From: Octopus vulgaris
Taxonomy: Eukaryota
Length of the DNA stretch: 64,000 bases
Reading direction: 5' to 3'
NCBI GenBank assembly: GCA_951406725.2
Contig: OX597814.1
Span: 10,912,001 to 10,976,000, forward strand
Below are positions 36,588-52,168 of the stretch, in pieces. The notes under the pieces are model-generated. The model saw only the letters and a list, made by a program, of their open reading frames with translations, did not search any database and was not told the DNA's origin. The translations under genes were made by a program, and so were the position numbers. Every line of letters begins with the position of its first letter. Positions within the stretch are counted from its first letter, which is position 1.

Positions 36588-36929
36588 ATATATATATATA
36601 TATATATGCGCCTTTGTGTGTGCACGTGTGTCTCTCTCTCTGAGTATGGTCGAACAAGCACACACACTCACACATACTCATTTGTCATTATCTGAATGAT
36701 AATCAATTAAAACGAATTGATTTCCAGAGGTATTATGAATTAATTAAAGCCGGGGAAGCTGTTGAGTTATATTATTTAAGTGTCATGGTGAACCACCTAA
36801 GTTATTCAATAAATATTATGAAATCAAAGCTTTGCTATTATCCTTTTTTCCATGTCTTATATTGATCAGTCCTTCTGTGTTAATATTCATGCATACATAA
36901 ATACACACATACATGCATACGTACTTACA

Positions 36930-36968
<39 letters not shown>

Positions 36969-36984
36969 GTACAGTTTGTGTCTG

Positions 36985-37040
<56 letters not shown>

Positions 37041-39325
37041 CATATATATATACTTATATATATATAGATATGTATACATATGTATACATATATATATATA
37101 TTTGTATATATATATATATATATATATCTACATATCTATCTCTCTCCTCTATATATATATATATATAAATTCACATGTAGTTAGATAAAAATAAATATTC
37201 AGATTTATAGATTTGGAGAAAATGAACTGAACTCAATACACAGATATTAAGCTCATCTTCTTAATCGTCTACAAAGCTAAATAAGTGAACTCATTCATAG
37301 GTTATAAAACACTTTTTCCAATCATCCGAAGTCTTGTACTGAGCATCGGTTCGTTATGTTTTCGGTAGCATTCAAATTACTGTTATCTGCCAGTTGTATT
37401 TTAATACCACTAAAATTTAAATGCCTGTCACTCAATTTTCTCAAATGTACTTTTGCTCTCTTTAAAATCTCTAGCCTTGTTCTCCATTATTATTTTTACT
37501 TATAATAATTATCGGAGTAATAATTGGAAAAGGGGGATTGCGATATTTAGGTACATCGCTCAGCGACTTCTGTCCGAATTCTTGTGATATCGATATCGAC
37601 TTAACCTATCACTTTAGTATCATTCAATTGTTAGCGTTGATGTAATTGGCTATAACCTTCTTTAACATAGGTTCTGGTCTTCTGCCAATATTCGCTGTAT
37701 TTCGTATAAAGAGAAAAGAAAAGAAATATGATATAGCTTGAGAGAAAGAATACTTGAGATAGGATATTAGAATGAGAGAAGTCAGGGGAGAGCTATATAA
37801 ATTGAAGGGGGGAGAGCTACGAATGAAAAAATAGAGAACACGTGTACTTTTGAATCTTGAATGGTGTAATGCATATCCATAACACATGGTTGAATCGCAA
37901 TTGAAAAAACTCTTCGTGTCGTATGCTGATACAAAACATGTGGAACCTGAAGATGCTTAACTATTTCCAGTGTGAAATAAATATGGTGGAACTTACAAAG
38001 ACAATGCAATAAGGCGACGAAGCACATTAATTATTCAGTATTTATATTAATGAGTTGTGAATATGTACTTATTGTTATCACACGCTACGAGGTTATACAT
38101 GTGTGAGAGTGTGTGTGTCTGTATGTGTGTGTGTGTGTTTGTGTGGCAGTATCTATTATTTTGCACGTATCTGTGCCTTGTAAATGAATTCCGTACACCA
38201 TTTGGCTGGAATGCGACAAGTCCTCCGGCCTATAGCTGTAGATCATTTCGCAATAGTAGCGAATTAGCTCCCTTTAAATTCCTCGCTCACCATCGCGATA
38301 TTTCCTGATCACATACCCTCCTATCTATTTATTACTTTACCATTTGTATTTTTTTTTGTGAGCGTTTTCAGTTTACGTATGCGTTTCTAGCTTTATATTC
38401 CCGATCAAATTAAATTGAAGTTCTTCCTTCAAATACCACTCTAGAGAGGATGACTGTTATTTTGTAATTGTTAAAGTTGTTATTCTTGTTAATGCTGGCT
38501 CTGTTGTGACTAGTGTTGTCATTAATATAGCTATAGTCATTTGGTATTGTTGCTCGAGCTCTTTATTTTCAATAATATTTTTCATATAACAAGATTAATG
38601 GTGAGGAGTACGGGAACATTGACCATGATGATAGTGTTGTTGTTGTTATTATTATTGTTGTTGTTGCTGCGGTGGTGGTAGTGGTGCTGGTAATGAAGAG
38701 GACAAAGGGTTGGGGAGGAGAGAAAAGAGTGAGATTAGGAGAGTGGTAGTGATAGTGGTGAGGCGCTAAAGGTGGTGAAAGTGGAGTTTATAGTGACGAT
38801 GGTTGTGGGGGGTGACATTCCAGACGGTATAAAACACAATGGAACTACGGAAAGTATAAATAAAAGAAAATAGATGTGAAAGGAAGGAATATCAACAAGA
38901 TAGAGAAAAAAAAGAAAGAAGAAACAGTGGGAAAAAGAAGTTCGAAAGAAAAAAAAACAAGAAGATGATAGACAAACCGAAGACTGAGTGATTAATTGCC
39001 AGAGAGAGAATATAAGATAAATAAGAGATTTCGAAAATACACTGTACGGAATATACAATACCTCCCTCCCTCTCTCCATCTCTCTGGCTCTCTCTATCTC
39101 TTTTTCTCTCTCTCCCTCTCATTCTCTCTTTCCCCCTCTCTCTCTCCTTCTCATGCAGATATGGACAACTACGTATATCTGTGTATGTATGTTCATATAA
39201 GGATATCTATAGTTACAACTGACACACGAACAAGAAGAGGCAGGCTTATTCTCATCTGGATAGATCAAATGAGTGTGAGAATACATTTATGAATGCATAA
39301 ATATACATTTACGTAATATATATGT

Positions 39326-39357
<32 letters not shown>

Positions 39358-39808
39358 ACGTGTGTGTGTGTATGTATATGTGTGTGTCTGTATGTGCGTA
39401 AAATCTATACATAGATAAATACATGCATAGATACATCATTATATGGTGTCTTATCTAGCTAGGCCTGAAATTCTTTCAATAATATAACATTTTGGCGCTG
39501 CTATTTCAATATCTATCTATAATTACAGAGCTTAAGGCATTAGGAAAATGCAATAAAAGAGAACCGCTGGGAGATTCTAATTAAAAGATCCAACAAAGCG
39601 AAGAGGGCAAGCGACGCCATTGGACGTGTATTTGTCTACAGAAGCAGAGTCAAGCAGTTTTATGTAAGCAAGCCAAACAAAGACGAATGTATTGAATGAA
39701 TCGCCTTCCGGAAGATTTTAAGCCGTTTTCTTTTCTGTACTGCAATCTGAGCATGCAAAACGAACTACACACACATACAAAAACACGCACACACCAGATA
39801 TATACACA

Positions 39809-39890
<82 letters not shown>

Positions 39891-40118
39891 GTATGTATAT
39901 ACCTACGTACACAGAAAGATAAAGACAGAGAAATACTTCAGCAAAACATTAAAAACAGCGTTGAGAAAATTACTGTAGCAACATTGTCTCTCAAATCGTT
40001 ATACCGAAATGAATGTTAATGTAACAGCCTGGTATAAGTATATCTACATAGGATATATATATATAAAAATATATCCACATAGATATATATATTTATGTAT
40101 GTTTATATGTATATATGT

Positions 40119-40161
<43 letters not shown>

Positions 40162-40219
40162 TAAATATATCCACATAGATATATATATTTATATATGTTT
40201 ATATTTATATATTTATACA

Positions 40220-40267
<48 letters not shown>

Positions 40268-40496
40268 ACACACACACACACTAGGCGGTGCTCCAGCACG
40301 GGTGCAGTCAAATGACTCAAACAAGTAAAAGAATAAGAGAATAATAATATATACATAAATATGGATGTGTTTATGGATGTATATATATATCCATATACAC
40401 ATCCATGCAATGTATAAACAGACGCTCATATATGTGTGTGTATATATATACACACACACACACATATATATATACATATATATATAAATATGCATA

Positions 40497-40554
<58 letters not shown>

Positions 40555-40557
40555 GTC

Positions 40558-40595
<38 letters not shown>

Positions 40596-41479
40596 GTCAA
40601 CTACATATGGCTTAATATCTAATAATCCTTTATATTTTATTTCTACTTTTGGTACAACACTAGCTTTTTTCAGCAGCTGAGAAGCCGATTTCATTAAGCC
40701 AAGTACTTTTCTGGTATTTACTTTATCGACCCAGGATTCAAAGTCGATCTCAGAGTGATTTGAACTCAAAACGATAAGAGCGAAAGGAAATGGTACAATG
40801 TGATTTAAAAAAAAAAGTTTTTGCCCCATAAGTATACTTCTAAGATTTCCTTTTCAAATTTGATATATTTTGCAGACATTATAAATGATATATTTCAACG
40901 TTTATAATTTTGATATTACGAATAAATAGAGTATATATTTGAGTGTTATAAAACTGTGATGAAATTGACCTTTCAGACCATTACAAGTGAATTACTGGCG
41001 TTAGTATTTCAAAACATGCAGTTATTTAACGGCCATTTTGAAAGACGTGACAATTCAGTTAAGATCCTTTTAATCTATGAAGAAATGACAGAATCGCTCA
41101 AAGTCATTGGAATAGTTTTGAAATGCATATAAGCGCTTTCAGCTGTGTTCTGTGACAAGAGGTTTGGTTATAATCACCGATTTAATTTCAAATGCCATCA
41201 AGTGTAAGCGACTTTATTAGCCACTTACATTTGATATAAGTGAAGACTAATGTGTAAGTGAGGATGTTTATGATTTACTAGCTGACCACGTTCCATCAAT
41301 AATGACGGATAATTGTAGTATTTTATATATAAACAAGAGCACTTAGAGAACGTAAACCTTCGCCAAGGCAACATCAACGTCCTCTCAACGATTAGCCAGA
41401 GTTGATTTTTAAAATGAGAATATCTGAAATAAACTCGACTGCTCTCACGAACAGGAATACTGAAAATGAACTCGACCGC

Positions 41480-41641
41480 TCTCAATCCCAAAATCCAATC
41501 AGTTCGTGCCAGCCACGAGGCCAAACATCCCTGAAAGTTTCATCTGAATCCATCCAGCGGCTCTTGAGATATCTTGTCCACGGACAAACAAACAAATATG
41601 ACTGAAAACAATACCTCCGCCTTCGCTAAGGCGGAGGTAAT
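41480..41641. mobile_element. HINE/DINE-1-like (non-autonomous Helentron-type) element end
   Basis: Terminal hairpin ACCTCCGCC-ttcgctaa-GGCGGAGGT (41613-41638) next to a (CAAA)n tract and gaaagtttcatctgaatccatcc. Confidence 0.5.
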
Positions 41642-42403
41642 GAGGTGTAAAATAAGGTACATAATAACCGCTCGGTTCAAAGTCTCCCTTGACCACAAAT
41701 GGCTTGAACTCTTTGCATGAACACCACCCTGTACATAACTCCATGTCTCCCTACATGGCCTTGATTTTTGCTTTTTGAGCCAAAAAATTAACTTACTTAG
41801 CTTAATCCCACGTAAAAACATTCACATACTTCCCTTGTACACGCACACACATGCTCACATATACTCACACAGAGTTGAAACGCTGATTTTTTTTCACCCA
41901 TTCCTTGCTTTTGAACCCCCAATTTATTTACTTATTCATCACCCCGTCTATCTATCAATCTAGCCATCTCTCTGTCTATCTGTCTGCATGTCTGACTGCC
42001 TATCTGTCTGTTTCTCTGACTGTCTGTCGGTCAATCTAACCTTTTATCTATGTATCTACTTCTCTTCGCGTGTAACTACTTATATCTAGCAAAATATTGT
42101 GAGTAGAAACACGTTACTGTAGAATATCTGCACTCTCGAAGAAATTCGATCCAGTATCTTGGAATAGACAAGAGATAGAGGAAGAGATGGGAAAATGTTT
42201 GAGAAGGAAGTAAAGAAGTGAGAATTCTGTGAAAGCTTAACTACTTATTCCTACACCTCTCTCTCTTTCTACCCCTATCTCTCTCTTCCCACTCCTCCTC
42301 GAATATCAGTGAACTATTGGAATATAAAATACAAATGGGTTAGCAGAAGCAACAAATCGCTTGCTTTCTCTCTCTCTCCCTCTCTCTCTGTATCTGTCTG
42401 TCC

Positions 42404-42455
<52 letters not shown>

Positions 42456-42588
42456 GTATATTTTTTGCCACGCGAGTGTACATAAATTTATAGATAAACA
42501 CACACACACATACACACACACATATATGTATATATAGAAAGTGAAAGATGTATATATAAATTTATATATGTATGTATATATATATATG

Positions 42589-42649
<61 letters not shown>

Positions 42650-42661
42650 AGATACACATGC

Positions 42662-42784
42662 ATATCTTCATCAGGTGTCTTGGGTAAATTTCGAATCTGG
42701 GTATTCCTAAGGTATTTTTCGATGTTGTTGCTGTTGTTGTTGTTGTTGTTGTTACTATTATTATTATTATCATTATTATTGTTG

Positions 42785-42865
<81 letters not shown>

Positions 42866-42942
42866 TCACTGTTTGGAATCGAAATCGGAATCTTGGGGTT
42901 AGTAGCCCGCGCTCTTAACCACTAAACCATATGCCCGTGGGC
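42662..42942 (-). mobile_element. tRNA-headed SINE (family D) with internal (AAT)n(AAC)n tract
   Basis: A box TGGTTTAGTGG, B-box-like GATTTCGATTCC, ~140 bp microsatellite, then atcgaaaaataccttagg...cacCTGATGAAG. Confidence 0.7.
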
Positions 42943-43454
42943 ATATTCCTCATCTCTTAAATACAGAACCTATATAAGAACTCGGAAGTTTCAGTCCCCC
43001 AACCAGGGCTTTGGCGCTAACCTTTAAAATCAGGAACTTTCCAGCAGCCCGCCATATATATAAAATGTTGTTTTATATATTAATTACTTATAAACATACA
43101 TAATTCTTATATATTGTTGTTATATGTCCAAGTTGATTTCAATCTAAGTTGTAAGATCTACTCGTTCTCTTTATAAGAAACATCAGATCCCATAAAATAA
43201 CCATCTGAGAATCAGAAACAGAGAACGCCCTGAGCGAGCCAAACAGACAGAGAATACGAGAAATATGATTCCATTCTATCTAAGAATATCGGAAACTTAC
43301 ACTTAATTGCATTTAATAACAACATGATTTAGACCCACACATATGCACTTATATGTATGTGTCTATATAAATACACACAGAGTACACATAGATATGCATA
43401 TATATAATACATATATACATATATACATATATGTGTATGTATGTATATATGTAT

Positions 43455-43497
<43 letters not shown>

Positions 43498-43509
43498 CAT
43501 ACATACATA

Positions 43510-43600
<91 letters not shown>

Positions 43601-43985
43601 CACCATATAAATTTCCAGAACAGAAATCTATACACACAGAGAGGCACGGCTCATCTGTATACATAAACATGAAATTTCAGATATGTCTATGTGTGTGCGT
43701 CTGTTAGTGAATGTGTGCGTTTACGTGTGAATATGCTGACATGAAAGTGTGTACGTGTGTACGTGTGTGTGTGTATGTGTGTGTGCGCTTGTGTGATTGT
43801 GTGTGTGTGTACATATTCATGCATACGAATGGAAAAACTTTATTCCATATATCATTGACCGCAGATACTCGCACATACACGTACAACATCATATTATCAT
43901 CATGTTAATTATATTTTTATCTTTCACTAATATATGTATATCATCCATTATATGTAATTACCAATGTGCATGTATGTGTAAATAT

Positions 43986-44032
<47 letters not shown>

Positions 44033-44072
44033 TATCTCATAGATATGCATATATATGTGTATATATATGCCT

Positions 44073-44146
<74 letters not shown>

Positions 44147-44779
44147 CATATATATATTTCTTTGTGTGTGGATGTGTGTGTGTATCTGTGAACCTGCGTT
44201 TATATATATATAATTTAATAATACAGACGCACAAACTTATTGATGTTAGATACATCAAGGCACACTTGTATGCATAACCATGTAAATACCTTTACATGTA
44301 GTGATATATGCGTTTGTGTGCGGGTGCGTATGCATGTATCTGTTTGTGTGTGAGAGAGAGTGAGATTGTCTGCTTATAGCATACACATTCACACACAAAC
44401 AAGTACATACACACACACACACAACTTTCTAAATACATACATTTACCACCATATTCATACTGGCCAAAACATAGCCAGTGCAGTAAATCATTTCTAGAGA
44501 TAGAAGATGTCTATATGAAAACATCCAAAAAATAATGCGTAAGCAAAAAACAAAAACATGACGAGGAAGAAATATTCCAACGATAAGGTCTGGTCATAAA
44601 TCGTATCGTTGATATTTTTAAGACGTGTAAAATGTTTCAAAAGAAATTATATTATATTATAGCAGATATGTTGTTCTTTTGCTGTCTACACACTTACATA
44701 AAAATATATGTGTACATATGTATACACACACATACAGATCCACACATAAACACACACACATGTGCATCTATGTGTATGT

Positions 44780-44834
<55 letters not shown>

Positions 44835-44908
44835 CATACCTATGTATGTGTGTGTGTTTATGTACATGTATACATAAATAGATAGCCAGATGCAGAAATA
44901 TATATTTC

Positions 44909-44951
<43 letters not shown>

Positions 44952-45451
44952 GCACGCACATACACACACACATACACGCACTCACATACACTCACACACA
45001 CACATACACGCACCCAAAAACTCATACACACACACACACACATTACACGAATAAATTCAACTTAAGTAAAATTAAAATATCACGAAAGTTGCTGAAAAGA
45101 GCATACTCATAACTACAAGACATTTATATAGAGAAAAAGAAATCAACCAACTAAATGATACACTACAAATGCAGTTTGTTAGTGGCACAGTAAAAATACT
45201 CAAGTCTTTTCTCAAGTTTAAAATGTGCATTTCTTTCGTTATCTACTTTTCAATGATGGCGCTATGCTAGAAACTTTTCTTAGAAAACATCACCTTCCCT
45301 TGAGGTAGAATTCAAATAATAAAAAAACGGAAGAATACATACATACATACATACATACATACATACATACATACATACATACATACATACATACATACAT
45401 ACATACATACATACATACATACATACATACATACATACATACATACATACA

Positions 45452-45485
<34 letters not shown>

Positions 45486-45849
45486 CAAATCTGCGCATAA
45501 CACTGATTCCAAATACTGCAGAAATGTACACATATATACAAAAATACTTAATTGATGTTGTTGAAATTCGTATGAAGGAACTTTGGATCTACGTCAGAAG
45601 CCAGCTCTTTCTCTACTGGCAAGGGAACTTAAAATTAAAGTAAATAACGACATACATACATACATACATGCATACATACATACATACATACATACATACA
45701 TACATACATACATACATACATACATACATACATACATACATACATACATACGTACGTACGTACGTACGTACGTATATGTATTTGTAATATGATATATAAT
45801 TATAAATATATATAATAATCATAATCATAATAATAATAAAAATAATAAT

Positions 45850-45995
45850 ATTTCATTCTCGAGTTATGCCACGTTGCTGAGGGCCGGTTACTCGGTTTCA
45901 GTGGCGTATATATTCTCCACCTGGACGGGACGCTGGTCCATCGCATTTTTGGCACCTGAGTAGAATTGAGCAACCTGAAGCAAAGTGTTTTGCTC
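45850..45995 (-). mobile_element. SINE fragment with V-domain-like core
   Basis: Minus strand gagcaaaacacttt...GCGATGGACCAGCGTCCCGTCCAGG...(ATT)n tail. Confidence 0.5.
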
Positions 45996-46013
45996 ATGTG
46001 AGTGTGTGTGTGA

Positions 46014-46096
<83 letters not shown>

Positions 46097-46103
46097 CACA
46101 CAA

Positions 46104-46148
<45 letters not shown>

Positions 46149-46216
46149 CATGTATGTGTACATATATATGTATACGCATGTTTATATATAAACAGGCATA
46201 CAAGTATATCTATATC

Positions 46217-46317
<101 letters not shown>

Positions 46318-46999
46318 TACATACACTCACACACATGCACACACACATGTGATGTGTACGCGTTTCTAGTTCCTAAGATTAGCAGTAAGATCTCTATAGC
46401 TAAAGGCTGAAGATGAAACATAACTTGTATCGAATCGATTGATATATTGATTTCTAATATCGATTTATCAGCACAGATACAGGGCCACAAATTTAAATAA
46501 TGGATATAGTTATGTATATTGACCTAGTATTTGACAGCAATTTATTTTCTCAACCCCTGTAGATAATGAATTGAAAATGCAAACACAGAAGTATATGAAG
46601 ACAGAACCTAAGTTACATATATATATATTTGTAGTTACATATAAATATATATATGTATCTGTCTCTTTACGTGTGTGTGTGTGTGTGTGTGTGTGTGTCT
46701 GTGTGTTTATACAGAGAGAGAGAGAGAGGGGGGGAAGAGAGAAGGAGACGGAGAGAAACTAAAGAGAGGAGGGCTGCAGAGAAAGCAAGTGTTCCATCGG
46801 GGCCTGGAATTACGTGCTCCTTCCGTAACTGTGGGAGCAGATAAGGCATCCCATGGCCCACAACGAGTAGAGTTGATCATCTTCGGACACGTAGATACAA
46901 GAAGGACGAACGTTAAATACATACATGTACGCATAAATACATACATACATACATACACACGCACATACGTACATACATACATATCTACACATGTGTGCC

Positions 47000-48245
47000 A
47001 GACTTAGAAGAATATGGCAGGCGGAACTCTCCTCTTACAATAACACAATATCCCCAAATGCACTTGCTGTACCAGTGCTGGTCAATATATTTGGGATATT
47101 TGACTTGTCTACAGAGGAAATTCATTCCATAGACTTTAAGACCTGCAAGATACTGACATCAATTGTAATACTGACAGGCTCTACCTATGAAGAGGTGAAA
47201 GAACTGAAGGCTTGAAATTGGTGCAGACGGCTTTCGAATGTCTATAGTTCCTCTTAGATACCACTTGCTAAATAACAGCAGCAAAAATAAATATATAAAC
47301 TTAGTTCTGGAAGTTAAGAAAAGAATATCCTACTAGTGCATTAGAAAGTACACCCTTCCTAATGGCCACCCATACTCCCTCAAAACATCCGAACTAGCAT
47401 GCCTCAAAGAAGACCCTTTAAGTGAAATTATCAGTATACCCCCAAAACACTATGAATGGCTGTGTTTCTCGAAGAACGCAGTACATTGACATTAAATATA
47501 TTGGACTCGTGACACTACATCATGTCACACTTCGAAGGTTATGCATTTGCAATCCAAGAACAGGAGATTGCTACGAAATACCTAATGAACAAAAGAGAGA
47601 GTGAAGTAGTTGGAGCTCCAAGATACAGCCGAAGATGTAGATTATATTATATTTCTGTGAAAGACATCATATAGTTGGTAAGCATCTGCCCAAAAATGCC
47701 ATCAAGGCACTTCTTCCCTATGCGACATGATGTTGTCACAAAAGCAATATACGATATTGTACAATGCCATTTGGAAAATAGATTGTCCTAGAAGAAATAC
47801 AGAGAACCTCCCTGTTATTGAATAAGTACACAAGCAGCAATACAAGAAATACTAGTGGAACATTTCCATCAAAACATCTGTCCGGTGTACGCATAACAGA
47901 TGTGATATTGTTGTTTGGGACAGAGAAAAAATATATATATATACAGTCATAGATGTTGGCTGTCCTACTTCTTTGGATATCTCTCTGAAAATTAATAAGA
48001 AAGATGATAACAATGGACAAGTGCTTCGAACCTTCCTGCTTCCTAATCCAAAATTATAAATTCACAATTATACCAATAACAATTGGTTCACTTGGTTTTG
48101 TGCATAAATGATTAAGTGGTAATCTGGATAGGCAGAGGTTTACAGAAAACGAAATGAACCAACTAACTTGAACGTTACAAAAGCTATCTGTAAGTGGAAC
48201 AGTAAAAATATGCAAGACTTTTGTAAGTTTAAAATGTAACATTGT
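47000..48245 (+). mobile_element. Decayed RLE-type non-LTR retrotransposon 3' part (R4/NeSL-like)
   Basis: AIQEQEIATKYL; HIVG..CPKM..RHD (47723-47731); HNRCDIVVWDRE (47892-47927); TVIDVGCP; LQKLSVSGTVKICKTF (~48175-48222). Confidence 0.8.
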
Positions 48246-48464
48246 TTCTGTTATCTACATTCCAACGAAGGAGCTTTGTATCTTTGTTAGAAACCAGCAT
48301 CTTCTGAGGAGGAAGAATTTAAATAATTAAAAACGGGAGAGAACACGCATAGTCATTCATATATACATGCATACATACATGCATACATACATACATACAT
48401 TCATACATACATACATACATACATACATACATACATACATTCATACATAAGTACATACTTACAT

Positions 48465-48737
<273 letters not shown>

Positions 48738-48970
48738 GTGTGTATCCATGTATGTGTGTGTATATTTCTGCATCACTGTTGTTTATACATTTTGTTTTTT
48801 TCCTTGTATATTTTTTTGTGCTCGTTGAGAAAGTGGATTTAGTGTTTCGCTGTGCTAGAACAAGGAAAGCAATAAAAATAAATGAGAGGTAACTCGGTTT
48901 ATATCGATAATAAGAGGAATGTATGATTGAGTGAACGAATGAGTAAGCGAGCGAATGAGTGAGTGAATGA

Positions 48971-49008
<38 letters not shown>

Positions 49009-49135
49009 ACAAGGGGTAATGGAGGGAGGAGTTATTGACCGCTGAAGAGTATCAGAAAGTATTAGGACTGTGAGCAGAGAAAGTGCTAGGAGATTGGTTA
49101 GGTGAAGAATGAAATTACCGAACACGAATTAACAC

Positions 49136-49353
<218 letters not shown>

Positions 49354-49431
49354 TAGATATAGATATATATGTAAGGGTGCATTTGTGTGTGTATATGTGT
49401 GTGTCCGCGTGTGGGGGTGCGTATGTTGATA

Positions 49432-49469
<38 letters not shown>

Positions 49470-50533
49470 TGGATATATAAATATACATACATATGCACAA
49501 ACATGTATGTATGTGTATGTAATACACCAACAGACATAAAAAGGGAGAGAAAGTAAGATATTTGTAGGGTGGGAGAAGTGTGTTTGTCCTCAGATACATA
49601 TATGGATAGATATGCACACGTGCACATACTTTAGCGATCATCCTGTCCGGGTGCGGTAAAATAAAACACTGGTCAAGTCACTTGGGTGTCATTGTAAATT
49701 AGCTAAACAATTATCTCGGTTTAAACTGTATCTCCTCAGGCGATAAGTCTTACCTTACTTTACTCTTTGTTTAAAATTTAATTTCATGTTTCATATAAAA
49801 GATATTGTTTGATACGTCATGAGTTCAAAACATTCAACATAGTATATGTAATAAACTAAATTTGTAACCTTCGTTCAATTACCTTTCTGGACAAAGCTAT
49901 TTCTAATTACTCAGCTAATGAAAACCATGAACATGAGCATCACATCTTCAATTTACAGATAATTACGACAGAGTTAATTGCGCCAATTACGTGCCCTTGC
50001 TTGAGTGATTGATATAATACTCAAACAAGGATGAATAATAGCGCCCATCATTTTTGGTGATTGGTGCTATTACCAATATTGATTCGTCATAGCAATCATT
50101 ATCACCAATTACTGTTGAATGTTTGTATATTTTCAACTAGCACAAGAGTTGTAGATTTTAAGGTAGGTGTTGGAAGATACGAATACCGAAAATGATAGTG
50201 TAATGTAAAAGTTCTTAGGGTATCGAATCAAGCAGATGAATTCAATTCTTAAGTTTGCATTCAATAAATTTACACCCTTTAAGAGAAACGATATTTGAAG
50301 ATGGATACATATTCTAGACTAAGGATTCTTTAAGAGTTACAAAGCATATTCACTAGTTGTTTAACTCTAAAGGAACTAAATGTATAAATATCGGGTCAAC
50401 CCAAAATTTGGATATGAAATTGGTTTCCTTGAGTTGGAATAATTCTTGTACGTTTCTGTAAAAAGAGATATTTAAACCTATCTATACTAATGTAAATATC
50501 AACATACATATATATGCGTGGTATGTGTATATA

Positions 50534-50583
<50 letters not shown>

Positions 50584-50622
50584 TATACGTAGTATATATA
50601 TATATATATATATATATACGCT

Positions 50623-50653
<31 letters not shown>

Positions 50654-50682
50654 GTATGTGGACAACCAAATCCTTCTAATCC

Positions 50683-50714
50683 TTGGTAGACAGAAACTGA
50701 AAGAAACCTGTCGT

Positions 50715-50759
<45 letters not shown>

Positions 50760-50960
50760 TATGTCTGTATTTGTACCCACCACCATTGCTTGACAACCGA
50801 CGTTGGTGTGTTTACGTCCCCGTAACATAGCAGTTCGGCAAAAGTGTCCAATAGAATAAGTACTAGGCTTACAAAGAATAAGTCCTGGGGGTCGATTTGT
50901 TCGGCTAAATGTGGTGCTCCAGCATGGCTGCAGTCAAATGGCCGAAACAAATAGAAGAAT
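50683..50960 (+). mobile_element. SINE family A, 5'-truncated
   Basis: Matches 32419-32840, including internal (TG)n. Confidence 0.85.
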
Positions 50961-51502
50961 ATATATATAAACACATACACGCTTAAACACACTTAGTTGT
51001 ATATAAATGTGATTGGGAGAGAAATAAAGAGTTCGACAGAGAGAGGGAGAGGGAGAGAGGGGAGAGCGTGATATATATTTTTATACTTGGCCCATATTTA
51101 CTCTGTACTGGCGATATTTGAAGCGCTCCAATAGATTTTGTTGCTTCAAATCTGATTAGATAGATATTGTGGCTAAACGGTTTACCTCGTACAAGCTGAT
51201 GATGGAGTGGGGGTAGGGAACTCTGGGTGTGTAGCAGGCAGTGACAGATCACCCACCAGGATCTCTATCATAACCATATACATGTAATCGAAGTCATTTT
51301 TGCTTCAAAAACCGATCGAGCATTTATAGTTAAAATAGACATCCCTTTCAAATTGCAGTTGTTATTATTATTATTATTATTTGAGTATTTATTTTTATTA
51401 TTATCATCATTATCATTATTATCATTATTATTGTTGTTATTATTATCATACATGCTATATTTGTATAATCTTTATGAATGATATTATTAGCATATGTATA
51501 TA

Positions 51503-51600
<98 letters not shown>

Positions 51601-52112
51601 TATATATGCATAAATATATTCACATATATATATATCATAAATATATTCATGTATAGAAAAGAGGGAAAGAGAGAAATATATTTATATATATACATATGTA
51701 TATATTCTTGTCATTGCTATTTTGTTTGATAATTTATTGGTTCTGAGTTGTTTTTCAGGCAAAACTTGACTTACATCGGTCATAAATTACTTTCATGTGC
51801 AGAAGTGTAAAAACAAAATTAAGTGTTTATGGTTACACAAAAAACAAATATGGAAACCAACTAAAAAAACAAATGGCAATTAACATATTTCTATTGCTAC
51901 CGCTTAGCTTCGTTTTCCTTGTTTTTCTTTACTTCTTTTGTTTCGTTGTTTTTTTTTTGTTTTATTGAAAGTGCATGTGACGGTGATGTAAGGTAAATAG
52001 CACATTGACTAACTGAGAGTTTAGGACGTTGGAATGCCTATAAAAGGGTTCTGAGTTTCGTACATTGGCACCGGTAGAATTCACAGAATAGACTATGGTA
52101 GTGGGTCAGTGC

Positions 52113-52168
<56 letters not shown>

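Noticed and set aside
42862-42942. tRNA gene
   Set aside because: No acceptor stem or T-run terminator; it continues into a microsatellite and SINE body, so it is a SINE head.
44557-44586. ATGACGA-GGAA-gaaata-TTCC-AACG, hammerhead-like
   Set aside because: Lacks C3-U4, G12 and a closing stem I; too degenerate.
46795-46860. GC-rich hairpins just upstream of the RLE LINE; HDV-like ribozyme considered
   Set aside because: Could not build the P1/P1.1/P2/P3 nested pseudoknot.
51268-51345. [11 protein letters not shown], resembling an APE endonuclease start
   Set aside because: Single short motif with no downstream endonuclease motifs.
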